Origin: Candidatus Omnitrophota bacterium
Lineage (GTDB): Bacteria > Omnitrophota > Gorgyraeia > Duberdicusellales > 4484-171
Reading direction: 5' to 3'
Length of the DNA: 56,209 nt
NCBI GenBank assembly: GCA_043815445.1
Contig: JBDRIY010000090.1
Coordinates: forward strand, 1 to 56,209
The notes below the pieces were generated by a model that was not told the origin of the DNA, searched no databases, and was given only the letters and a program-made list of their open reading frames with translations. The first letter of the stretch is position 1, and every line of letters begins with the position of its first letter. Positions 1-8,283 of the stretch are shown in pieces. The translations under genes and the position numbers were made by a program.

Positions 1-106
1 TATGCATCGATTACCTCCTGATTTGTTGAGCTTTGGTAACCCAACTATATCAGGTTTCTGTATGGTAATCGATGTTTTTTTATTTACCCCTCTCTAACAG
101 GTACTT

Positions 107-436
107 ATGTATTTTCTATCAACTCGGATAAGAAAGAACCCAATATTTCACGGCCATCCAGAATTTAAAAGAGTATATAATCCCAACAAGAAAGAATACG
201 TATCTGAAGTAATAAAACTTCGCCGTTTTTTAAAGAGTGACAGCGGGCATGCGGTAGGAGAATCATTAAAGTATGAATTCACCCCGTTTAAAAGTTTCCC
301 AAGAGGCCGGAAAAGCACAAGATGCTTATTTATTCTTTGTCAAGATTGTAAGGGTGAAAAATTAAAAAAAGTTTGTAGTTTTTGTGATTCTTCAACGCAC
401 ACAATGAATGACGCAGTATTATTTTTTTATAGGTGA
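107..436 (+). CDS. hypothetical protein; weak RelE/ParE-toxin-like pattern with an inserted CxxC-X8-CxxC
   Basis: 109-aa ORF. GESLKYEF..FKSF..RCLFIL and C-terminal NDAVLFFYR resemble the RelE/ParE core. CQDC-X8-CSFC insert. No partner antitoxin ORF visible. Confidence 0.3.
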   Translation: MYFLSTRIRKNPIFHGHPEFKRVYNPNKKEYVSEVIKLRRFLKSDSGHAVGESLKYEFTPFKSFPRGRKSTRCLFILCQDCKGEKLKKVCSFCDSSTHTMNDAVLFFYR

Positions 437-715
437 TCACAAAAAAGCATATAAAAAAGAAGGCAAGAGAGTAATAGATAAATATAGAAATGAAGAATAA
501 ACTCTGCTTATTCCGAAAGTGCGCGGATTGAAACAAAAAAGTGTTTTCTAAATTTATATTGTTTGGTATAATTGCTTTGCCTTAGAGCTAACGTAAGGGC
601 GGCGGTAACTACCGTCGCGAAGCAGCTTTTCTTTATTGGTTGTTCCCGCATAGTTAAAGATAAGCCTGAAATTTATAGAGACGGTAAAAGATAAGTAAAA
701 AGAGATAAATTTATT

Positions 716-799
716 GCGAGGGTGGCGGAATTGGCAGACGCACTAGCTTGAGGGGCTAACGGCAGCAATGCCGTAGGGGTTCAAGTCCCCTCCCTCGCA
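716..799 (+). tRNA. tRNA-Leu (anticodon GAG), class II with long variable arm, no encoded CCA
   Basis: Acceptor GCGAGGG (716-722) pairs with CCCTCGC (792-798). T arm AGGGG-TTCAAGT-CCCCT (775-791). Anticodon loop TTGAGGG (748-754) with GAG at 750-752. Variable arm CGGCAGCAATGCCG. Overall close to the E. coli tRNA-Leu(GAG) layout. Confidence 0.9.
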
Positions 800-903
800 T
801 TTTTAGCCTAATATATAATTCAGCGGTTAGCTTAAAATTTGTGCCGAAAACAAACAATTCCTGGATGCAATGAAGAAAACTTCGCTAACGCGAAGATTGC
901 ATA

Positions 904-926
904 CAAGTCCCCTCCCTCGCATTTTT
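904..926 (+). repeat. 23-nt direct repeat of the tRNA-Leu 3' end (copy of 782-804)
   Basis: caagtcccctccctcgcattttt occurs at 782-804 and again at 904-926. Confidence 0.85.
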
Positions 927-954
927 TTAATATCCAGCATCCAGGATCCAGAAT

Positions 955-1884
955 CTAGAGTTTTCTTTTGTTTATCAGATATTTACTTTCAGGGAATTTT
1001 TTGGCCAGGTTTTTTACTTCCGCGCCTAAGGAACTTATTTGAGCGGTGTGGGTAAAATTTTGTTCCAGATTTGTTACCATTCCAATAGAGATGGTTATAA
1101 AACCGAATTTACGAATTTGTCCTTCGCGGCTTTTAGCTTCAATATAACCCTTTATTCGGTCTTTTTCTTCAAAGAATTCAGCGGAAATATTGTCAAAATC
1201 AGTGATAATTCTTTTAGCGATTTTTTCCGCGTTTTGAGGAGTGCTCATTATTACAAAGTCATCGCCTCCAATATGGCCTATAAAATCATTAACTGATCCT
1301 TGCTTTTGAATAGCGTTGATAACAATTCGGGCAGTTTTTTTAATTATTTGGTCTCCTTTTTCAAACCCGTAAAAGTCATTTAAGACTTTAAAGTTATCAA
1401 TATCAATATAAAGCATAGCGAATTTATCTTTACTTTTAATCTTTTCTTCTAACTCTTTGTTGATCGAAACATTGCCCGGCAGGCGGGTTAAGGGGTTGGC
1501 GTCTAAATTCGCGTGAGAACGCCGGATTAACATTCTTATGCGGGCAATTAGTTCTTGAGGAGAAAAAGGTTTTAGCATATAGTCATCAGCCCCGGATTCA
1601 AGGCCGTGGACTTTATCTTCTATTTCTCCTTTTCCAGTAAGCATAAGAACAGGAGTGTTTAAGAACAAAGGGTCTTTTCTTATTCTTTTGCAGATTTCAG
1701 GGCCTTTTAAATCAGGGAGGACATAGTCCAGGACTAAGAGATTAGGATTTTCACTTTTTAATTTTTCTAAAGCTTCACTTCCTCGGGAAGCTGTAATTAA
1801 ACTGAATTCTCCTTCTAAAGTAGATTCCAGGAGTTCAAGAATATCAGGGTCATCGTCAACCAGTAATATTTTTAATTTGTCCAT
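955..1884 (-). CDS. response regulator: receiver domain + GGDEF-family domain (GGDDF variant)
   Basis: Start trimmed to MDKLKILLVDDD. Receiver motifs LLVLDYVLPD and MLKPF. GGDEF domain with HIGGDDFVIM. The ATG overlaps the kinase stop (gcgcaATGGACAAATTAA). Confidence 0.85.
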   Translation of the reverse strand: MDKLKILLVDDDPDILELLESTLEGEFSLITASRGSEALEKLKSENPNLLVLDYVLPDLKGPEICKRIRKDPLFLNTPVLMLTGKGEIEDKVHGLESGADDYMLKPFSPQELIARIRMLIRRSHANLDANPLTRLPGNVSINKELEEKIKSKDKFAMLYIDIDNFKVLNDFYGFEKGDQIIKKTARIVINAIQKQGSVNDFIGHIGGDDFVIMSTPQNAEKIAKRIITDFDNISAEFFEEKDRIKGYIEAKSREGQIRKFGFITISIGMVTNLEQNFTHTAQISSLGAEVKNLAKKFPESKYLINKRKL

Positions 1885-3338
1885 TGCGCTATTTTCAAAG
1901 TGAAATAAAAAGTTGTACCTTTTTGTTCCTCTGATTCTACCCATATATTTCCTTTATGGGTATCAATAATTTTTTTGACTAAGGAAAGTCCCAATCCGCT
2001 GCCTTTTATTTTTTCAGCTGTTTCTGTTCTATAGAATTCTTGAAATATTTTTCCAAGGTCTTCTTTCTTTATACCGCAGCCGGTGTCAGCTATTGAAACT
2101 ATAACATTATTATCTTTTTGCCGGCAGGCGATTTCTATCTTTCCTTTCTCAGATGTAAATTTTATAGCATTATTTATGAGATTAATCAAGGCTCTTTCAA
2201 TAAGATTCTTATCCATATAGACATTTAAAGCTTTAGGAATATCAAAATTTAAGAGCAGAGATTTAGTTTCTATTTGAGGTTTTAAAAAATCAGCTACGTC
2301 TTTAATTAGTTTCATAAGTTCAAAAGGAGCTATTTTTATATCCATTTTTCCCGACTCGATACGGGAAATATCTAAAAGGGTGTTTACAGTATCCATAAGT
2401 TTGTCTACATTCTCATCTATTTTCGCCAAACGGCTTTTCGCGTCCTGAGGAAGTTTACCAAATTTTTCATCTACAAGCAAAGATGAAAATCCTTTTACTG
2501 AGGTGAGAGGTGTGCGCAGTTCATGAGATACGCTGGATATGAAGTCGGACTTTGCCTTGCTTATCGCTTCAATTTCTCTTAAGCTTTTAACTAGTTCGTT
2601 AGTTCTTTCTTTTATTTTTTTCTCTAAATTATCCTTGATGTGGTAAAGATCTTCAAACAGCTCTATATTATTAAAGCATTGACTAAGATACATACAGGTA
2701 ATTAAGAAAGTTTCTTCTTCAGGTTTTTGAATCTCAGCATGTAAGAGTGAGCCTGAAACAATAAATATAGCGTAGATATGCTCTCTTACTTTTAAAGGGC
2801 TGATAAGGATCTCGTTTACATTTAGCCCGGGCAAAAGCTGTTGGCAGCTTTCTGAATCAGGCTTAAGCAGGAGAATTTCCTGAAGCCTTTCTTTTTTATA
2901 CCTAAGCATATTTTTTATTATTTCTAATTCGTTAGGGTTAAAATCAATATTAACTTTTATTTCCAAGTCATTAAAATTTAGTATCAGCCCTTTTTTAAAG
3001 CCTAAATCGTTTATCATTTTTTCGTTTACCAGAAGAAAAATATTTTCTTCGCTAAGGGTATATATAGAAGAGGTGATCAAGTTTCTTATTAAAGTTAGCT
3101 TATTGAGTTTGTCTTCTGTCTCTTGCTGGGACAGCTTTAATTCCATGTCGCTTTGGATAATTAATTTTGCCTGTTCGTCAAGTTCGTCAATAGTTTGGTT
3201 GAGATTATCTAACCTCTTTTTTAAGATACTTATGCTTTGCAGTTTATTCATTATATAGGCAATGAAGATCACTATTGTAACGAAAAATACAAGGATTAAA
3301 TTTACAAGGGGGTCAGCGAATAATAAAAAATTACTCAT
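1872..3338 (-). CDS. sensor histidine kinase (N-terminal TM helix, coiled coil, HisKA, HATPase_c)
   Basis: H-box SHELRTPLTSV, N-box LINLINNAIKFT, DTGCGI, GSGLGLS. Hydrophobic N-terminus. Confidence 0.85.
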   Translation of the reverse strand: MSNFLLFADPLVNLILVFFVTIVIFIAYIMNKLQSISILKKRLDNLNQTIDELDEQAKLIIQSDMELKLSQQETEDKLNKLTLIRNLITSSIYTLSEENIFLLVNEKMINDLGFKKGLILNFNDLEIKVNIDFNPNELEIIKNMLRYKKERLQEILLLKPDSESCQQLLPGLNVNEILISPLKVREHIYAIFIVSGSLLHAEIQKPEEETFLITCMYLSQCFNNIELFEDLYHIKDNLEKKIKERTNELVKSLREIEAISKAKSDFISSVSHELRTPLTSVKGFSSLLVDEKFGKLPQDAKSRLAKIDENVDKLMDTVNTLLDISRIESGKMDIKIAPFELMKLIKDVADFLKPQIETKSLLLNFDIPKALNVYMDKNLIERALINLINNAIKFTSEKGKIEIACRQKDNNVIVSIADTGCGIKKEDLGKIFQEFYRTETAEKIKGSGLGLSLVKKIIDTHKGNIWVESEEQKGTTFYFTLKIAQWTN

Positions 3339-3394
3339 AAATCTGTGTTCTCTGTTTTTTAATCTGTGTAATCAAGACATCCGGCAGGATGTCT

Positions 3395-4519
3395 CTATTG
3401 CCACGAGTTTAGTAATAAGTTCCCCGATTCCAGGCTCAGCCCGCCTTTTTCTTTATCAGAAAACACAACATAATCGGAGTATAGCCCGATTATCTTCGCT
3501 TGGTTTCCTAAAATATGTTTTATGGTTTGTATTTCTTCGGTGTAAACTTCTTTTAGGGCTTTTTTTCTGGTTAAAGAGTTTACTATGAAAATTAAACTTT
3601 CGTTTTTACTTTTAAAGGGAGCTAATCTTTGGCTGAGGCTTTTTAGGATTAGGCTGGAATCAAGGAACATAATATGCCCTGACTCGCCTTCTTTTACCTC
3701 GCCTATACAGGCTAAGGATCCGTCCTCTAAACAGTCAATAATATTAATAAGCTGTATTTCCTTGGCAGGCCCTATTCCTAGGGGATAAAAAGAAAAAAGC
3801 CGGTTTTTCATAAAAGTTTCGAATTTGTCTTCCAGGTAATGCTTAAAAATGTGGACTGCCGGTTGAGAATTAATCTCTATAATGACATCTTTTGAAGCAG
3901 AAGCTTTGGTGATAATAAATGGTTTTCCTAAGGGGATCCAGCCTCCTAATTTGATTGAATGGCTGTCTAGGCCTTTAACCGCTAGGTTTAAAAGGCCCTC
4001 ATTAGCCTTATCGTTTATGATTTGTGAGCTATAAGAAGAGTATTTTTTTATATAGCCTGCCCCGGTAAGATTAAAAAATTTTCCTAAAGACGATCTTGTT
4101 CCGTTTAGATAAGAATAAGGATTGATTTGAACGGACATAAAAGACAAAAGACAAAAATCTTTTCTATTTAGTTTCCCAAAATAAGTATTTAAGAAGGATT
4201 CGATTTCTTGGGCCCGGCCGTTTTTTAAAAATCCTTCTTTTAGCTCTACTTCTTTTTTGTTTATACAGCAGGCGACAATGCCTTTAGAGATTATTTTGTC
4301 TTCAAAGATTAGAAAAGGAGCTTGCGCTCCATGAATCGTTTTAGGCTTTAAAGTGAAGTTTATAGTTTTTAGGATATTTGAAGGATCATAATGAGGAGTA
4401 AAAAAAACAAGAAGGTGGTTTATTTGCCTGGGAAAGCTTAGTTTTATTTTTAATGAAACCTCTTTAGCGGCTTTTTCCCGATCTTTTTCACTGAAGGCTA
4501 TAGCAAATTTTTCTTCCAT
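3395..4519 (-). CDS. FIST-domain-like sensory protein (tentative)
   Basis: 374 aa, immediately upstream of and co-directional with the HK-RR pair. The overall pattern recalls FIST_N/FIST_C. No catalytic motif. Confidence 0.45.
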   Translation of the reverse strand: MEEKFAIAFSEKDREKAAKEVSLKIKLSFPRQINHLLVFFTPHYDPSNILKTINFTLKPKTIHGAQAPFLIFEDKIISKGIVACCINKKEVELKEGFLKNGRAQEIESFLNTYFGKLNRKDFCLLSFMSVQINPYSYLNGTRSSLGKFFNLTGAGYIKKYSSYSSQIINDKANEGLLNLAVKGLDSHSIKLGGWIPLGKPFIITKASASKDVIIEINSQPAVHIFKHYLEDKFETFMKNRLFSFYPLGIGPAKEIQLINIIDCLEDGSLACIGEVKEGESGHIMFLDSSLILKSLSQRLAPFKSKNESLIFIVNSLTRKKALKEVYTEEIQTIKHILGNQAKIIGLYSDYVVFSDKEKGGLSLESGNLLLNSWQ

Positions 4520-4607
4520 ACAAACTTTAACTTATCACAAAGATCATTAAAAATCAATATACATTCTAACTTTTTATAGGTATAATAAAACAAATAGGGA
4601 GCGCGTC

Positions 4608-4636
4608 TTGACATTTCTTACCCTATATGTTATATA
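4608..4636 (+). promoter_or_regulatory. sigma70-like promoter candidate upstream of the cvpA-like gene
   Basis: TTGACA (4608-4613), 17-nt spacer, TATATA (4631-4636). Confidence 0.4.
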
Positions 4637-4691
4637 CGTAATTTACGTTAGGGGAGCTTTGCCTTGGAGATTTTATAGTTTCTTGAAATAA

Positions 4692-5252
4692 ATGGAAATA
4701 TTTGGAAGACAAGTTGTTATAGATTTAATTTTTCTAATCTTTTGCTTAGGGACTGTTTATTCTGCTGTCTCAAAAGGGGTGATACCCGAGTTATTCAAAA
4801 CAATAGGGCTTCTTGCCGGAACTTTCTTGGCCTTTCAATACTATCCTTTTTTGTCTACTGTTTTGTGTGAAAAGATTCTTATCTTAAATCAAAGGCTTCT
4901 TAATTTTATTTCTTTTTTTATAATTTTCTTTGGTATAAAATTGATTTTTTCTTTTCTAAGATTAATATTGGCTGCTCTTATCAAAAGAGAACATATACCC
5001 CTTGGAGAGAGATGGGCCTTGTGTTTTACCGGGCTTGCCCGCGGGGTTTTATTTTTAAGCGTAATGTTTTTTTTAGCTAGTTTGTCTTCTTTGCCCCAGC
5101 AGCGCCTTTACCGTTCTTTATTTTACAAAGTATCTAAAAACGCTGCTCCTAAATTTTATATAATATCTTTTGAGCTTTATAAAAAATTCAATCCCTATAT
5201 TTCGTTCAATAAGGAGGTACGAGAATATGAGGCTAAAAAAACTTTATACTGA
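4692..5252 (+). CDS. cvpA: CvpA-family membrane protein
   Basis: About 4 TM segments. The N-terminal IDLIFLIF..AVSKGVIPELFKTIGLLAGTFLAFQYYPFL pattern is typical of the CvpA family. Confidence 0.55.
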   Translation: MEIFGRQVVIDLIFLIFCLGTVYSAVSKGVIPELFKTIGLLAGTFLAFQYYPFLSTVLCEKILILNQRLLNFISFFIIFFGIKLIFSFLRLILAALIKREHIPLGERWALCFTGLARGVLFLSVMFFLASLSSLPQQRLYRSLFYKVSKNAAPKFYIISFELYKKFNPYISFNKEVREYEAKKTLY

Positions 5253-6183
5253 AGTAATAAAAAAAGGTATTGATGCTGACCCGCGCAGCCGCGAAGATAT
5301 TGAGGCAATACTTAAGAGCAATAAAGCAAAAATGGAGAATCTAAACAAAATAAGAAAAGAATATTTTGATTTGGATTTATTATCAAATCCTTACGCCGAT
5401 ACCCGTATTCTTTATGGAAGCCCTGAGGCTGAAATAAAGTCAATGATTATAGGCATAGATATCGGAGGAGCGGAGCTTCTTCTTGCCGATAAATTGAATA
5501 AGGAAGGTAAAAAAATAGATTTAGTTGTTTCTCACCACCCTCAAGGCAGGGCTTATGCTAAGTTTTATGAAGTGATGGATTTACAGGTAGATATTTTTGT
5601 TCAAGAGGGGGTATCTTTAAGTGTTGCTGAAAATCTTCTTGGCGAAAGAAAATCGCAAGTTGCCCGAAGAGTAAGCGCGGCTAACCATTCTCAAAGCGTA
5701 GACGCTGCCCGCCTGCTTAATACAAATTTTTTATGTATGCATACTCCTTGTGATAATCTTGCTTATCAAGATTTAAGAAAAACTTTAGATAAGTTTAAGC
5801 CGTCAACATTAGGCCGGATTATAGATATTCTTTACGATATTCCTGAGTATATTGATGCTGCCAAGAATAATAATCCGCCCAATATAGTAGTTGGCAGTAA
5901 AGCTTCACGCTGCAAAAACATTTTTCTTGAATTCACCGGAGGAACTGAAGGGCCGAAAAAGATATATGAAGAGCTTTCTTCCCGGGGAATTGATACTATA
6001 ATAGCTATGCACCAGTCTGAAGAGCATTATAGAAAATGCAAAGAATGTAATATAAACGTAATTTTCGCCTCGCACATTGCCTCGGACAATTTAGGTATTA
6101 ATCTTATGGTTGACCATTTAGAGAAAAAAGAAAAACTCAAAGTGTACGAATTTTCGGGATTTAGAAGATTCAAACGTAAATGA
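5227..6183 (+). CDS. NIF3-like dinuclear metal centre protein
   Basis: Start trimmed to MRLKKLY, which sits behind AGGAGG. Motifs DLVVSHHP, MHTPCDN, HQSEEH, ASHIASDNLG match the NIF3 metal-ligand pattern. Confidence 0.55.
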   Translation: MRLKKLYTEVIKKGIDADPRSREDIEAILKSNKAKMENLNKIRKEYFDLDLLSNPYADTRILYGSPEAEIKSMIIGIDIGGAELLLADKLNKEGKKIDLVVSHHPQGRAYAKFYEVMDLQVDIFVQEGVSLSVAENLLGERKSQVARRVSAANHSQSVDAARLLNTNFLCMHTPCDNLAYQDLRKTLDKFKPSTLGRIIDILYDIPEYIDAAKNNNPPNIVVGSKASRCKNIFLEFTGGTEGPKKIYEELSSRGIDTIIAMHQSEEHYRKCKECNINVIFASHIASDNLGINLMVDHLEKKEKLKVYEFSGFRRFKRK

Positions 6184-6199
6184 AATCCCAATGCTCAAT

Positions 6200-6329
6200 A
6201 TCAAAAATTAAAAATCAAAATGCAAAATGACATATTAAAATTAAAAATTAAGATGCAAAATACAAGGTAACAAAAGAAGGAGAAATAATTTTGCATTTTA
6301 ATTTGTCATTTTGATTTTTAATTTTTGAT
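6200..6329. repeat. long intergenic hairpin (AAAAT/CAAAAT words); perfect 23-bp inverted repeat
   Basis: atcaaaaattaaaaatcaaaatg (6200-6222) is the exact reverse complement of 6307-6329. The inner part is partly complementary. Confidence 0.9.
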
Positions 6330-6367
6330 TTTTAATATTTTCATTTGAAATTTTTTAGAAATAAAAT

Positions 6368-8107
6368 ATGATTCCCCAACAATTCATAGAAGAGGTTCAA
6401 ACAAGAACCGACATTGTAGAATTAGTTTCAAGCTATGTTCCCTTAAAAAGAGCAGGGAGGAATTTTAGGGCTGTTTGCCCTTTTCACGGCGAAAAAACTC
6501 CTTCGTTTATGGTTAGCCCCCAAAAGCAAATTTTTCACTGTTTTGGCTGTGGAGAGGGAGGGGGAATTTTTCAGTTTTTGACTCTGATTGAAAAAGTAAC
6601 TTTTCCTGAAGCTGTGGAGATATTGGCAAAAAAACTGGGTATGGAAGTGCCTGAGCAAAGGGGACAGCTGAATAAAGAAAAAACTATTCTTTACGAAGCT
6701 ATGGATAAAGCAGCTTTGTTTTTTCATAACAGCCTAAAGAATAATAAAGAAATTTTAGCTTATTTGAATAAAAGGGGCATTGCTGAAGTAACAATTGGTA
6801 AATTTCTTATAGGCTACGCTCCTGGAGGGGTTTCTCTTCTTAACCATATGCGTAAGCTGGGGTTTACCTTGGATATTTTAGAAAAAGTATCTTTAGCTGT
6901 TTCTATAAAAGGAGATTTTCGCGATGTATTTTACGGCCGGATTGTTTTTCCTATTTTTGATCTTCGCGGCCGGATTGTAGGTTTTGGCGCCAGAACTTAT
7001 AAAGATAAGCCTAATTCGCCTAAATATATAAATTCTTTAGAGAACACTCTTTACAGCAAGAGAAACCATCTTTTCGGCCTTAATTTTTCTAAGGAGGATA
7101 TCACAAAACAAGCGGCAATAATCATAACCGAAGGATATTTAGATATGATTACTCCTTTTATGAGAGGGGTAAAGAATATAGCTGCTTCCTTAGGAACAGC
7201 TTTGACTGTTGAGCAGATTAAGCTAATTAAAAGATACGCGGCTTGTGTCATTTTAATGTATGATTCTGATAAAGCAGGGCAAGCCGCCGCTCTAAGGTCT
7301 ATAGATTTACTTTTAGAAAATGGGCTTAAGGTTGAAGTTGTTGGCCTGCCTGCCGGCAGTGATCCTGATTCTTTAGCCAGAGAAAATGGTAAGGATCATT
7401 TTATTAAGTTTGTTCAAGCCAGAGAGAATTTTTTTGAATATAAATTAAGAATTTTGAAGCAGGCCTATGATTCAGCAAGTATAGAAGGCAAGACAAAAAT
7501 TGCTAAAGAGATGCTGGGGACAATAAACAAATTAAACAGTGAGGTTGAAAAATATGAGTATATAAAAAAACTTTCAAGCAGTTTGGGAGTTAGGGAAGAA
7601 ATTATGATTGCTGAGTTTCGCGGCACTTTTTTCAAAAGCAAGGCTTTTCCGGGAAAACGAAGTATTTCAGGCAAAGCAGGGTTAGCTGTTTCAAAAGGTT
7701 CTTTAACGATTACCGAGAAAGTTATTTTTAAATTTATGTTTACCAGCCCTAAAGCTTTTGCTTTAATAAAAAAGAATTTAAAAGAAGATTATTTTGATTC
7801 TACCCTTGCTCGAAGAACAGTTTCTTTTTTCTTTGATACTTATACTAATGTAAATTGTTTTAATCCAAAATTGCTGGGGATAATCGGAGATAAAGAGATC
7901 AGCGGTTTTGTTTCTATGATTTTAATGGATGACAGTATTCCTTTTGACAAAGATACCTTTAAACAGAGCTTGCTTAAACTGCGCAAGAAAGGCGCGGCTC
8001 AAAAAAAGAACAAACTTAAAGAACAAATACAGGAAGCAGAAACAAAGGGAGATAGAAGCAGATTAAAAGAGTTAATTGGCGAATATGGGAAGGTTAATCT
8101 ATTCTAA
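6368..8107 (+). CDS. dnaG: DNA primase
   Basis: Zn-finger CPFHGEKTPSF..HCFGCGEGG. TOPRIM motifs ITEGYLDMI and MYDSDKAGQAAA. Confidence 0.92.
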   Translation: MIPQQFIEEVQTRTDIVELVSSYVPLKRAGRNFRAVCPFHGEKTPSFMVSPQKQIFHCFGCGEGGGIFQFLTLIEKVTFPEAVEILAKKLGMEVPEQRGQLNKEKTILYEAMDKAALFFHNSLKNNKEILAYLNKRGIAEVTIGKFLIGYAPGGVSLLNHMRKLGFTLDILEKVSLAVSIKGDFRDVFYGRIVFPIFDLRGRIVGFGARTYKDKPNSPKYINSLENTLYSKRNHLFGLNFSKEDITKQAAIIITEGYLDMITPFMRGVKNIAASLGTALTVEQIKLIKRYAACVILMYDSDKAGQAAALRSIDLLLENGLKVEVVGLPAGSDPDSLARENGKDHFIKFVQARENFFEYKLRILKQAYDSASIEGKTKIAKEMLGTINKLNSEVEKYEYIKKLSSSLGVREEIMIAEFRGTFFKSKAFPGKRSISGKAGLAVSKGSLTITEKVIFKFMFTSPKAFALIKKNLKEDYFDSTLARRTVSFFFDTYTNVNCFNPKLLGIIGDKEISGFVSMILMDDSIPFDKDTFKQSLLKLRKKGAAQKKNKLKEQIQEAETKGDRSRLKELIGEYGKVNLF

Positions 8108-8119
8108 TTTAAAATTAAA

Positions 8120-8263
8120 TTCTAAATTCCAAATTATAAATTCCAAATGACAAATAAATTCCAATGTCCAATATTCAAATTCCAAACAAAGAAATTCTTT
8201 ATTGGAATTTGGATTTTGAAATTTGTGATTTATTTGGAATTTGATGCTTGAGATTTGGAATTT
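8120..8263. repeat. long intergenic hairpin, AAATTCCAAAT / ATTTGGAATTT word family
   Basis: The left arm is tandem degenerate aaattccaaat words. Loop aaagaaattcttt. The right arm is attggaatttgg...atttggaattt. Confidence 0.85.
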
Positions 8264-8283
8264 TTAACTGAACGAGGTAATGA

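Noticed and set aside
1-19. A possible minus-strand gene start (AGGAGG at 14-19, then ATG at 7-5 on the minus strand) running off the left edge.
   Set aside because: Only two codons are inside the window, so it cannot be supported as a feature.
437-715. 280-nt gene-free stretch upstream of the tRNA, containing a TATAAT-like box (about 566-571) and a stem (gcggcggta/taccgtcgc), considered as an SRP, 6S or other ncRNA.
   Set aside because: I could find no conserved SRP (GGAA tetraloop / AGCAGCC context), 6S, tmRNA or RNase P signatures. It may simply be the tRNA promoter region.
743-759. Alternative reading of the class II tRNA as tRNA-Ser (anticodon TGA using loop CTTGAGG).
   Set aside because: That register breaks the 5-bp anticodon stem and the U33/purine-37 rule. 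The TTGAGGG loop with GAG matches the tRNA-Leu(GAG) layout, and the D-arm is Leu-like.
716-926. A prophage or integrative island at the tRNA-Leu locus.
   Set aside because: Only 99 nt separate the direct repeats, and no integrase, excisionase or phage genes occur nearby. It is reported only as a scar-like duplication.
870-1055. 61-aa + strand ORF spanning the duplicated tRNA fragment.
   Set aside because: It overlaps the tRNA 3'-end repeat and the 3' end of the response-regulator gene on the other strand. No RBS, and the composition is repeat-derived.
5170-5226. Long N-terminal extensions in the ORF track (5170, 9875, 25524, 31199, 32233, 36589, 38290, 42282, 43453, 48289, 50765, 1944).
   Set aside because: The extensions overlap upstream genes or run through intergenic repeat elements. 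Internal ATGs sit behind better SD sequences and give N-termini matching the family norm (for example Era G1 motif spacing and the GatC length).
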